Assembly (NCBI GenBank): GCA_050945515.1
Contig: JBMNTB010000003.1
Span: forward strand, 44,954-108,953
Length of the DNA stretch: 64,000 nt
Direction of reading: 5' to 3'
From: Saccharofermentanales bacterium
GTDB lineage: Bacteria; Bacillota; Clostridia; Saccharofermentanales; DTU023
Made by a program: the position numbers and the translations under genes. The notes below the pieces were generated by a model that worked only from the letters and a program-made list of their open reading frames with translations, was not told the DNA's origin and did not search any database. This document shows positions 55,908 to 64,000 of the stretch, one piece after another (the first letter of the stretch is position 1; every line of letters starts with the position of its first letter).

Positions 55908-58135
55908 TGAAGATATTGCAAATTGACATCTTGACTTATGGCAGCCTGGCGCAAGTCAGATTGGATTTGCGGAGAGATCAAGGTGTTTCAATCCTGTCGG
56001 GTCAAATTGAACGCTTGGAGCAGATCTTATCTTTCATTGCCTTCACATTTTATGGTCACTGTGAAGACTGCCTTGCCTCCAATTATCTGCCGCGGATTGA
56101 GAATTCTATTCAGACGAAGGCGATCGGGGGCAGTATCAGTTTTCTACACAATGATACGGAGTATCTATTGGAACGGCTGACGACTGTCGCAGGTGAGAAC
56201 GATAAGATCAAATTACTCAATGAAACAAGCGGAGCGGATCTGAGTGCTGATTGTTCACCACAGCCGGGTCTGGATCTGTTTTCCCTCAGCCGGGATGAAT
56301 TTGTCTTTGCACTGAGCCTGGCGCCTGTTCCGCCGCCGGAGCATTTCACCTCCTGGTCGGAGCAAATAGAATTAATACTGCGAGAAAAATTAGCAGCTCT
56401 CCGCGATCACAATAGTACTCAGGGCAAAGTTGCAATGCTGTCGGAGCAGAGTGAACAGCTGAAGCAATTAATTGAAGTCGCTAAGAACTCAGACAAGAAT
56501 CAGGCAGAATTGATTGATAAGATTTTTCAGCATAAGCAGAGTATAAAGCAGCGTGAGGAGCAATTGCAGGAGGTCTTACCCAGGGTACATCAGCTGGAAC
56601 TGCTGGAAGACAAAGCAAGATACGAGAATCTTTTATTGCTGCGCTCGGAATTGGCTGCGGCTGAATCTGAAGCATACAGCCTGACCAGAGAAGCCCAGGA
56701 AAAGAACTTGCCCTCTGCTATTGAGCTGACATCTTATGAGGATTTTTATAATGACTGGCATCAAAAAGCCAAAAATCTTAATGTTATGCGGATGCAATTG
56801 ATAACTGTTAATGAAGAGGTTAAGGAATGTTATCAACGGGGCAATGAACTAAAAAATCAGCTGGATCAAGCGGAAGATAGAGAAAGTAATTTGCTGAGAC
56901 AACTGGCAGGAGAGAAACACAAATTCGAACTGATCAGAAATGAATATACCGGGTCCGGTAAAAGGTATGCGGGAAATTTCCGTTTACTGTTGCTGCTTGG
57001 ACTGGCAGCAGTGGCCGGGCTGATCCTGATCCTGGCCGACAGTATAATTGGAGGCGCCATACTGCTCGGCGGCGCCTTCGTTGCCTTACTATTATTAATA
57101 TCGCATACAGCCAGAAGTAAAGCTACAGGCGCCACAGCACTGGGTAAGGCCCGTTCCAATATAGATAAGGTACAAAGTCGGCTCTCCGAACATAAAAGAG
57201 AAAAAAACAGTCTGATGTGGCGACTGGAAGAAGAGATTGCAGCTTATCAGAAAGCTCGCGCCACGGAAGAGAGATTATTAGCAGAAGTTAGTAAGGGTGA
57301 AACTGCAACCAATCATGCAGGATATGAATTAGTGACGTCTTTGTCCCGCTATGTGCGAATTCAATATCCGGAGGAAGCAGCAAGAGCGCTAAGAGAGTTG
57401 CGTGAACGAGTTACTGATAGCGCTCCGGTCGATGCCAGAGTTTCTCAGATTCTAAGTCAGATTTCCGTTCTTAAAGCCGGCCGCACGGACGAAGAGATCG
57501 AGCGGGAATATGAGTATGCTACGGAACAATTATTCGGCTCTGCCTTGACCGGTCAAGAGACAGCAGGACTGCCGTCCGTTGCTACCAGTCGCTATAATCC
57601 GGATGCTCTGGCCAATGCCAAGGCAGTTAAATTGCGTCTGGAGCTGGAAATAGATCAGTCGCGGAAAAAATATCAGGAGCTGTCGGAAGAACTGGTCAAC
57701 AACTTTTCTCCGGTCAATCTGGCAGATCTGTACCGTCAAAAAAAGCAAATGGATTTAGATAAAGCGGAGATTAAAGAACAGGAAGCGGCACTTGAAATTG
57801 CTCTGGAATATCTGGAAGAAGCGAAGCCGTATCGAGTTAATTATTATCGCCAACTGACAGAAATGTCTAATCTGTTTTCAGAACAGGTTTTGGATAGGAA
57901 AGAGCCACTTTTGGATAAGAGATTGACCGGAGCCCTGGCGCTTCGCTTCTGTACATCCGGTGCTGAGAAAATGCCTTTGTTTGTTCCGTCGGCGCTGAGT
58001 AATGGTGAACTTTGTGCTCTGCCTGAGAGGATTAAAGCTGTATGTGAAGGAGAACTGCAGTTGATTATCTTACAGCAGAAAGGGCAGGATTTGCCGGGAA
58101 ACTGGAAGTTGAAAATCAAACCGCAGACTGTTTGA
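55904..58135 (+). CDS. YhaN/SbcC-like coiled-coil protein with two central transmembrane helices and degenerate ATPase motifs
   Basis: ATGA overlap with the upstream gene. The N-terminus aligns to Rad50/YhaN heads but reads GVSILSGQIERLEQ where GxxxxGK[ST] is expected. Long heptad-like E/K/Q/L-rich arms are present. Hydrophobic segments are FRLLLLLGLAAVAGLILILA and IIGGAILLGGAFVALLLLISH. Confidence 0.6.
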   Translation: MMKILQIDILTYGSLAQVRLDLRRDQGVSILSGQIERLEQILSFIAFTFYGHCEDCLASNYLPRIENSIQTKAIGGSISFLHNDTEYLLERLTTVAGENDKIKLLNETSGADLSADCSPQPGLDLFSLSRDEFVFALSLAPVPPPEHFTSWSEQIELILREKLAALRDHNSTQGKVAMLSEQSEQLKQLIEVAKNSDKNQAELIDKIFQHKQSIKQREEQLQEVLPRVHQLELLEDKARYENLLLLRSELAAAESEAYSLTREAQEKNLPSAIELTSYEDFYNDWHQKAKNLNVMRMQLITVNEEVKECYQRGNELKNQLDQAEDRESNLLRQLAGEKHKFELIRNEYTGSGKRYAGNFRLLLLLGLAAVAGLILILADSIIGGAILLGGAFVALLLLISHTARSKATGATALGKARSNIDKVQSRLSEHKREKNSLMWRLEEEIAAYQKARATEERLLAEVSKGETATNHAGYELVTSLSRYVRIQYPEEAARALRELRERVTDSAPVDARVSQILSQISVLKAGRTDEEIEREYEYATEQLFGSALTGQETAGLPSVATSRYNPDALANAKAVKLRLELEIDQSRKKYQELSEELVNNFSPVNLADLYRQKKQMDLDKAEIKEQEAALEIALEYLEEAKPYRVNYYRQLTEMSNLFSEQVLDRKEPLLDKRLTGALALRFCTSGAEKMPLFVPSALSNGELCALPERIKAVCEGELQLIILQQKGQDLPGNWKLKIKPQTV

Positions 58136-58205
58136 GAGCAATGGTCGCCATTGGATGATGAGTGTATAATAAATTGCGGTAAAATTTCAAGGAGGCCGTT
58201 AAAAA

Positions 58206-59252
58206 ATGAATGATACTATGTATGCTTTGGTCAAAACCGAGGCGGGCCCGGGCCTGAGTCTGGAACGTATCCCGATTCCGGAAACAGGCCCGAATGATGT
58301 CAAAATCAAAATTCACAAAACAGCTATCTGTGGTACAGACTGCCATATCTATAATTGGGACGAATGGGCTCAACGAGTGATTAAAGTCCCGCTTAATGCC
58401 GGTCATGAATATGTCGGCGAGATCGTGGAAGTTGGTTCGATGGTAGATAATTTCGATATCGGCGATATTGTTTCCGGCGAGGGACATATTGTCTGCGGCA
58501 AGTGCAGAAATTGTCGGGCAGGCAAACGGGTTTTTTGTAAAGATACTTTGGGTGTCGGTGTCAACAGAGCGGGAGCATTTGCGGAATATCTGGTTATACC
58601 GTCAGCGAACGCAGTGCAAGTATTGCCCGGTATTCCTGAGGAGATCGCGGCAATTTTCGATCCTCTGGGGAACGCCGTGCACACCGCTCTGCAGTTTGAT
58701 CTGGTGGGTGAAGATGTTCTGATTACAGGTGCCGGCCCGATAGGCATCATGGCGGCAGCTGTTGCCAGACATTGCGGTGCCAGACATATTGCCATAACTG
58801 ATTTCAACGCCTACCGTCTGGAATTGGCGAAAAAAGTCGAACCCACTGTCCATACCATAGATTTGTCAGAAGACACGGTCAGAGGGATAATGCCCGAACT
58901 GGATATGCGCGAAGGCTTTGATGTCGGTTTGGAGATGTCGGGCTCATCATCAGCACTGAATTCAATGATTGACAATATGATTAATGGCGGCCGGATTTCT
59001 CTCCTCGGTTTTTTGCCTGCAGATACTCAGATTGATTGGAATCGAGTCATCTTGGGCAGCATGACATTGAAAGGCGTCTATGGCCGAGAGATGTTTGAAA
59101 CCTGGTATAAGATGATGGCCATGATCCAGTCCGGCCTTGACTTAACTCCGATCATTACGCATCGCCTGGATTTCAGGCAGTATGAGGAGGGTTTCCGGGC
59201 GATGAATAGTGGCAAATCAGGCAAAGTGATCTTGGATTGGACCACAGCATAA
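58206..59252 (+). CDS. tdh: L-threonine 3-dehydrogenase
   Basis: Close match to the Tdh pattern: [42 protein letters not shown] and [13 protein letters not shown]. Confidence 0.92.
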   Translation: MNDTMYALVKTEAGPGLSLERIPIPETGPNDVKIKIHKTAICGTDCHIYNWDEWAQRVIKVPLNAGHEYVGEIVEVGSMVDNFDIGDIVSGEGHIVCGKCRNCRAGKRVFCKDTLGVGVNRAGAFAEYLVIPSANAVQVLPGIPEEIAAIFDPLGNAVHTALQFDLVGEDVLITGAGPIGIMAAAVARHCGARHIAITDFNAYRLELAKKVEPTVHTIDLSEDTVRGIMPELDMREGFDVGLEMSGSSSALNSMIDNMINGGRISLLGFLPADTQIDWNRVILGSMTLKGVYGREMFETWYKMMAMIQSGLDLTPIITHRLDFRQYEEGFRAMNSGKSGKVILDWTTA

Positions 59253-59373
59253 ACAATCATTTCCGAAGCTGTGATTGGATTGTTTGCACAGGCTGTCAAC
59301 AACTTCAACCAGGAGTCCCATTCAATTAATGATACCGGGTGCGGTAGAGAATGCACCGTCTACAGGAGGAATT

Positions 59374-60567
59374 ATGAATATGAAAACCGGACTGAGAATA
59401 ATCAGAAGTGAGCTGCAGGAACTGAAAGAGGCAGGAGTCTATACGGAGGAACGAGTCCTAACCTTGCCCCAGGGTTCTCGTATTGACACAACTAAAACTA
59501 AAAATGTCATAAATATGTGTGCCAATAATTATCTGGGCCTGTCCAATAACCCTGAATTGATTGCAGCGGCTAAAGCCAGTTACGACAGATGGGGCTATGG
59601 TCTGTCATCGGTACGATTTATCTGTGGTACGCAGGAACTGCATAAGCAGCTGGAACAAAAAGTTTCGGACTTTTTCGGCTTTGATGATGCGATACTTTAC
59701 TCCTCATGTTTTGATGCCAATACCGGCTTATTTGAGACAATCCTGGGTGAAGAGGACGCAATTATCTCCGATCAGCTGAATCATGCCAGCATTATTGATG
59801 GCATCAGATTGTGCAAAGCCTTGCGCTTGCGTTATAAGAACAATGATATGGCTGATCTGGAACACTGTCTGCAGGAAGCTGATGCCAAAGGTGCCAGAAT
59901 TAAATTGATCGCTACTGACGGTGTTTTCTCGATGGATGGTGTAATTGCCAATTTGCAGGCGATCTGTGATCTGGCCGACAAATATGATGCACTGGTTATG
60001 GTTGATGATAGTCATGCTTCCGGCTTTGTCGGTAAGACGGGACGCGGTACGCCGGAATATTGTGGTGTAGAGGGCAGAATTGATATTCTGACCTCTACTT
60101 TGGGCAAAGCTCTGGGCGGCGCTTCCGGTGGCTTTACGACCGGGCGCCAGGAAATAATTGATTGGCTCAGGCAAAAGTCCAGACCCTATCTGTTCTCCAA
60201 TACATTGGCCCCGGCCATTGCCGCCGGAGCGATCCGGGTTTTAGAGATGCTGGAGCAAGACACATCCCTGCGCGATCGGACGGAGGCTAATGCCAAATAT
60301 TTCCGCACCGAGATCGAAAAGCTGGGTCTTGATGTTATTCCCGGTACTCATCCGATAGTACCGGTCATGATCTATGATGCAGTTAAGGCGATTGAAGTGG
60401 CAGACTATCTGCTCAGTCTCGGCGTCTATGTCATTGCTTTTAAATATCCGGTAGTTCCTGAGGGCAAAGCTCGCATCCGCACTCAGATTTCGGCTGCGCA
60501 CAGCAAAGAGGATCTGGATTATGTCTTGTCCTGCTTTGCTGAATGCAAGGAGAAATTCTCGCTTTAA
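59374..60567 (+). CDS. kbl: Glycine C-acetyltransferase (2-amino-3-ketobutyrate CoA ligase)
   Basis: PLP-dependent alpha-oxoamine synthase motifs: [23 protein letters not shown] and [11 protein letters not shown] 59374 lies after AGGAGG. Confidence 0.9.
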   Translation: MNMKTGLRIIRSELQELKEAGVYTEERVLTLPQGSRIDTTKTKNVINMCANNYLGLSNNPELIAAAKASYDRWGYGLSSVRFICGTQELHKQLEQKVSDFFGFDDAILYSSCFDANTGLFETILGEEDAIISDQLNHASIIDGIRLCKALRLRYKNNDMADLEHCLQEADAKGARIKLIATDGVFSMDGVIANLQAICDLADKYDALVMVDDSHASGFVGKTGRGTPEYCGVEGRIDILTSTLGKALGGASGGFTTGRQEIIDWLRQKSRPYLFSNTLAPAIAAGAIRVLEMLEQDTSLRDRTEANAKYFRTEIEKLGLDVIPGTHPIVPVMIYDAVKAIEVADYLLSLGVYVIAFKYPVVPEGKARIRTQISAAHSKEDLDYVLSCFAECKEKFSL

Positions 60568-60633
60568 TAAGCTGAGCGGAGTATTATAGTAGGGCTGCGA
60601 TGCTTTTATAAACTGCTGATCTATCGTCGCTTA

Positions 60634-60670
60634 AAGCAACTGTCCGGGCTGCAAGTCCGGACAGTTGCTT
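60634..60670. terminator. Long perfect hairpin between convergent kbl and thrS
   Basis: AAGCAACTGTCCGG gctgcaagt CCGGACAGTTGCTT, with 14-bp arms. Confidence 0.7.
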
Positions 60671-60700
60671 ATGATCGTTTTTCAGTGCCGGCAATTGTTA

Positions 60701-62605
60701 TTAACTGTTGCCTTGCGAAATTTCGGCGTGTAACTTGTCCAGCAGTTCAGTTAAAGATAAGCTGCCTGCCTCACCCTGGTCCAAAACCCGGACCGAGACG
60801 GTGCCTGTTGCAGCTTCCTTCTGACCGACAATCAGACTGTATGGCACTTTTTCCATTTGAGCCTGCCTGACCTTAAAACCGATTTTTTCATCCCTGGCAT
60901 CGATTTCAGCGCGGATGCCATTTGCTTTCAGCACAGACAGCACATCTAAAGCATAGTCTTCGACTGCCTGTGAGACCGAGAGAATTTTGACCTGAACCGG
61001 TGCCAGCCAGAAAGGGAATTTCCCGGCATAATGTTCGATCAAGATGCCGATAAAGCGCTCAATCGAGCCAAAAGCTACTCGGTGAATCACAATAGGCAAA
61101 TGGCGTTCGCCATCGGCTCCGATATATTCCAGATCAAAGCGCCGCGGCATTTGGAAATCGAGCTGAATCGTGCCACATTGCCAAGTCCGTCCGATCGAGT
61201 CTTCGAGATGAAAGTCAATTTTAGGTCCGTAGAAAGCGCCGTCTCCCTCATTGATGATATAAGGAATCTCCAGTTTGTCCAGGACTTTGCTCAATGCAGT
61301 TGTAGCTCTGTCCCATTCCTCATCTGAACCCATGGAGTCTTCAGGGCGGGTAGACAATTCGACATGATACTTAAAGTTGAAGTGACGGTAGACTTCATCG
61401 ATCAGATGTACAACCTGTTCAACTTCGTCGGCGATCTGATCCAGGGTCATGAAAATATGAGCATCATCCTGATTGAAAGCGCGCACCCTCATTAAACCGT
61501 GTAATACGCCGGATTTCTCATGACGGTGCACAAGGCCTACCTCTGCCATACGCAGGGGTAAGTCACGATAGGAGTGTTGTTCGGACTTGAAGATCAGCAT
61601 AGAGCCGGGGCAGTTCATCGGTTTGATAGCAAAATCTTCGCCATCGATCTGGGAGATATACATATTTTCACGATAATGTTCCCAGTGACCGGAGTTTTCC
61701 CATAGTTTCCGGCTGAGCATGATCGGAGTGGAAACCTCCTTGTATTCGTAGCGTTTATGTACTTGACGCCAGTAGTCCATCAGAGTATTTTTCAGCACCA
61801 TGCCCTTGGGCAGGAAGAAGGGGAAACCAGGCCCCTCATCCATCAAGGCAAATAGCTGCATTTCACGGCCGAGCTTGCGATGGTCACGTTTTTTGGCTTC
61901 TTCCAGGAATTCGAGATATTGATCCAGATCACTCTTTTTGGGGAAGGAAGTGCCGTAGATGCGTGTCAGCATTTTATTTTTTTCATCTCCACGCCAATAG
62001 GCTCCGGCCAGTGAAGTCAGTTTAATCGCTTTGATCAGGCCTGTAGACATCAGATGGGGTCCGGCGCAAAGATCAGTAAAATCCCCTTGTTTGTAGAAAC
62101 TAATCGTTTCATCTTCCGGAAGAGCGCTGATCAATTCAATTTTGTAGGTCTCATCATTATTTTCGGCCCATTTGAGTGCTTCCGAGCGACTAAGCGTGTA
62201 GCGCTCAATCGGTATATCCTGCTTCACGATCCGTCGCATTTCAGCTTCGATTTTTTCCAAATCCTCCAAACCGATAGGTTCTGCGAATTCGAAATCATAA
62301 TAAAATCCATTATCGATCGCCGGACCGATAGCAAACTTCACGCCCGGGTACAAATGCTGCACCGCCTGAGCCAGCAAATGCGCTGAAGAATGGTGAAAAG
62401 CGTGAGCGCCGGCCGCTGAATCAAACTGTACCAGTTCCAGTTCAGCATCGTCTTCAATCAGAAAGCGCAGATCTCTGTCCTCTCCGTTGACAATTGCTGC
62501 CATAGCATTGCGGGCCAGTCCCGGACTGATATCGGCAGCAATATCAATCGCTCGTTTCGGCGCTTCATATTCTATGACTGAGCCGTCTTTCAAAGTAATT
62601 TTCAT
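60701..62605 (-). CDS. thrS: Threonine--tRNA ligase
   Basis: TGS N-terminus MKITLKDGSV, editing-domain motif HSSAHLLA, class II core RGF.QDDAHIF and anticodon-binding C-terminus. ATG 62605 lies after GAGAGGAGAAG. Confidence 0.95.
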   Translation of the reverse strand: MKITLKDGSVIEYEAPKRAIDIAADISPGLARNAMAAIVNGEDRDLRFLIEDDAELELVQFDSAAGAHAFHHSSAHLLAQAVQHLYPGVKFAIGPAIDNGFYYDFEFAEPIGLEDLEKIEAEMRRIVKQDIPIERYTLSRSEALKWAENNDETYKIELISALPEDETISFYKQGDFTDLCAGPHLMSTGLIKAIKLTSLAGAYWRGDEKNKMLTRIYGTSFPKKSDLDQYLEFLEEAKKRDHRKLGREMQLFALMDEGPGFPFFLPKGMVLKNTLMDYWRQVHKRYEYKEVSTPIMLSRKLWENSGHWEHYRENMYISQIDGEDFAIKPMNCPGSMLIFKSEQHSYRDLPLRMAEVGLVHRHEKSGVLHGLMRVRAFNQDDAHIFMTLDQIADEVEQVVHLIDEVYRHFNFKYHVELSTRPEDSMGSDEEWDRATTALSKVLDKLEIPYIINEGDGAFYGPKIDFHLEDSIGRTWQCGTIQLDFQMPRRFDLEYIGADGERHLPIVIHRVAFGSIERFIGILIEHYAGKFPFWLAPVQVKILSVSQAVEDYALDVLSVLKANGIRAEIDARDEKIGFKVRQAQMEKVPYSLIVGQKEAATGTVSVRVLDQGEAGSLSLTELLDKLHAEISQGNS

Positions 62606-62850
62606 TTCTTCTCCTCTCATATCTAACAAAGGAAAACCCTTTGTCCGCTTAATCGGACAAAGGGTGCTAAGCACGGTTCCACCTTTGTTTTTCACTCATT
62701 TGATCATTGACGCAGATTCACGGGAATACTTATTTCGCATCCTGCTCGGGAGTGGTTTTCATCGGACTGGCAGGAGCTGCTCACAGCCACGGCAGGCTCT
62801 CTCTCGGCAACCAGTGCCCCCGATTACTCGTTCCGTCATCGCATTTATGT
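62606..62850 (-). promoter_or_regulatory. T-box leader (threonine specifier ACC) with terminator
   Basis: The minus strand carries the T-box motif AAAGGTGGAACCGTGC (62671-62686). It also carries the terminator CCCTTTGTCCG attaag CGGACAAAGGG TTTTCC (62631-62664). AGAGA and GA-rich stem I elements are present. The candidate specifier is GAAA-ACC-A, with ACC at 62754-62756. Confidence 0.85.
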
Positions 62851-62854
62851 ATGA

Positions 62855-62883
62855 ATCATAATCTGCACCTGTCAAAATGTCAA
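62855..62883 (-). promoter_or_regulatory. Promoter of the thrS T-box leader
   Basis: On the minus strand: TTGACA, 17-nt spacer, TATGAT. Confidence 0.6.
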
Positions 62884-62932
62884 CGCAAATCAATGTAAAT
62901 TAACGGTTAACTACATAACGAAAATTAATATT

Positions 62933-62961
62933 TTGACAAGGACAGGCGTAAAATCTATAAT
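62933..62961 (+). promoter_or_regulatory. Promoter for tRNA-Lys
   Basis: TTGACA, 17-nt spacer, TATAAT (consensus). Confidence 0.7.
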
Positions 62962-62973
62962 GTCTTTGCTCAA

Positions 62974-63049
62974 GCACCATTAGCTCAGCTGGCAGAGCAA
63001 CTGACTCTTAATCAGTGGGTCCTGGGTTCGAATCCCAGATGGTGTACCA
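62974..63049 (+). tRNA. tRNA-Lys (anticodon CTT), CCA encoded
   Basis: Hand-folded cloverleaf. Acceptor stem is GCACCAT/ATGGTGT with a G1-U72 pair. Anticodon arm is ACTGA-CTCTTAA-TCAGT and T arm is CTGGG-TTCGAAT-CCCAG, followed by A-CCA. Confidence 0.88.
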
Positions 63050-63055
63050 GAGAGA

Positions 63056-63082
63056 ACAGGGTGCAGTGCACCCTGTTTTTTT
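63056..63082 (+). terminator. Rho-independent terminator after tRNA-Lys
   Basis: ACAGGGTGC agt GCACCCTGT TTTTTT. Confidence 0.9.
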
Positions 63083-63180
63083 ATAGTAAGTAATAGATAC
63101 TCCGATACTCCAAGGAAATAGATACTCCACGGAAGGTTTGTTTTGTGCCCAACCGCTTAATAGATGCTATAAAGAGCGCG

Positions 63181-63230
63181 ATGATAGAGTATCTTTAGGA
63201 ATGATAGAGTTTCTTTAGGGAATCTTTAGG
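63181..63230 (+). repeat. Phased 20-bp direct repeats upstream of the response regulator gene
   Basis: ATGATAGAGTATCTTTAGGA (63181-63200), ATGATAGAGTTTCTTTAGGG (63201-63220) and the partial unit AATCTTTAGG (63221-63230). Confidence 0.8.
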
Positions 63231-63275
63231 CCATAGAGCTATGATGAATTAAAATAGGGGCATAGGAGGGATGTC

Positions 63276-63950
63276 ATGCGTATTTTGGTAGCGGAAGACG
63301 ATAAGAGATTATTGAAGACATTGTTGCATATTTTAAAAACGAATGCTTTTTCCGCTGACGGAGTCACAAACGGTACGGAAGCATTGGCCTATGCGGAATC
63401 CGGCGAATACGACGGTCTGGTATTGGACATCATGATGCCCGGCATGGACGGAATAGAGGTATTGAAAAGACTTCGAAGCAAGAATATTACGACACCTGCG
63501 CTGTTTTTGACGGCGAGGACGGAAGTCGAGCAGCGTGTAGAAGGGCTCGATGCCGGCGCTGACGACTATCTGGCGAAGCCGTTTTCCACATCGGAACTGC
63601 TGGCGCGGGTGCGGGCTATGCTGCGAAGAAAAGATCATTATACGCCTGATCTTTTGGAAATAGGCGACCTCGTGTTAAATTGTTCCACGCATGAGCTCTC
63701 ATTCGGGTCACAGACGCAGAATCTCAGCGGAAAGGAGTTTCAGGTGCTGGAGATGATGATGAGAAATCCCCGCATACACATCACTACAGATCAATTTATT
63801 ACGCGCATCTGGGGATGGGAGACGAGCGTGGACACCAGTGTGGTGTGGGTGCATATTTCCAACTTAAGAAAGAAGCTGGAAGCTATGGAAGCCCCTGTTA
63901 AAATACGTTTTGTGCGTAATGCCGGTTACGCATTGGATATCGAGCCATGA
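63276..63950 (+). CDS. OmpR/PhoB-family response regulator
   Basis: Receiver domain (MRILVAEDD, DGLVLDIMMPGMDG, KPF) plus a winged-helix output domain (LSGKEFQVLEMMMRNP...RNAGYAL). Confidence 0.92.
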   Translation: MRILVAEDDKRLLKTLLHILKTNAFSADGVTNGTEALAYAESGEYDGLVLDIMMPGMDGIEVLKRLRSKNITTPALFLTARTEVEQRVEGLDAGADDYLAKPFSTSELLARVRAMLRRKDHYTPDLLEIGDLVLNCSTHELSFGSQTQNLSGKEFQVLEMMMRNPRIHITTDQFITRIWGWETSVDTSVVWVHISNLRKKLEAMEAPVKIRFVRNAGYALDIEP

Positions 63951-64000
63951 TTTATAGATTAAGAAAACGTCTGATCCGTATCAGCGGTTTGTCCGTTACC
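63947..64000 (+). CDS. Probable sensor histidine kinase, first 18 codons only (runs off window end)
   Basis: ATGA overlap with the response-regulator stop. Translation begins MIYRLRKRLIRISGLSVT... The call is positional only. Confidence 0.4.
   Translation, partial: MIYRLRKRLIRISGLSVT

Noticed and set aside
54639-58135. The idea that the nuclease plus SMC-like pair is an anti-phage defence module of the Lamassu, Wadjet or Gabija type.
   Set aside because: The two-gene layout and the phosphoesterase motifs match the housekeeping yhaO-yhaN type pair of Firmicutes. No additional defence-type genes, mobile-element context or compositional anomaly is visible. Only the ATPase-motif loss is reported.

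Overview
This 64-kb window looks like a chromosomal core region of a Firmicutes/Clostridia-type genome. Hand-counted 60-nt samples give about 43-48% G+C. The lineage call rests on RuvC plus RuvAB, RNase J, RqcH, ComEC/HolA, a T-box leader on thrS and cell-wall-binding repeat proteins. Most genes are housekeeping: alaS, rpsU, recJ, rel, rnj, rpsT, ruvCAB, queH, rqcH, engB, comEC, holA, radC, mreCD, PBP2, secA, tkt, ferritin, tdh-kbl and thrS. There are also two tRNAs, Thr-CGU and Lys-CUU. I saw no CRISPR array, transposase, integrase or prophage genes.

The less ordinary content is:
- a tandem array of three paralogous secreted proteins that combine leucine-rich repeats with cell-wall-binding repeats (1725-9923);
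- a BlaI/BlaR1-type module whose sensor domain is not PBP-like and is internally duplicated (29773-32813);
- two adjacent long, divergent PRPP-synthetase-like genes (32904-35430);
- an orphan operon of three TadE/TadG-like pseudopilin-type proteins with no Tad machinery nearby (45709-48404);
- a YhaO/YhaN-like pair in which the nuclease motifs are intact but the membrane-anchored SMC-like partner has lost its Walker A and Walker B motifs (54639-58135);
- a methylglyoxal-synthase-like protein lacking its catalytic residues, next to a glyoxalase-II-like hydrolase;
- a two-component system behind tRNA-Lys, preceded by phased direct repeats.

None of these is demonstrably a new system from sequence alone. 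The pseudopilin trio, the degenerate YhaN-like pair and the twin Prs-like genes are the best candidates for follow-up. All calls come from reading the ORF translations and the DNA by eye, with no database search, and start codons are often uncertain.
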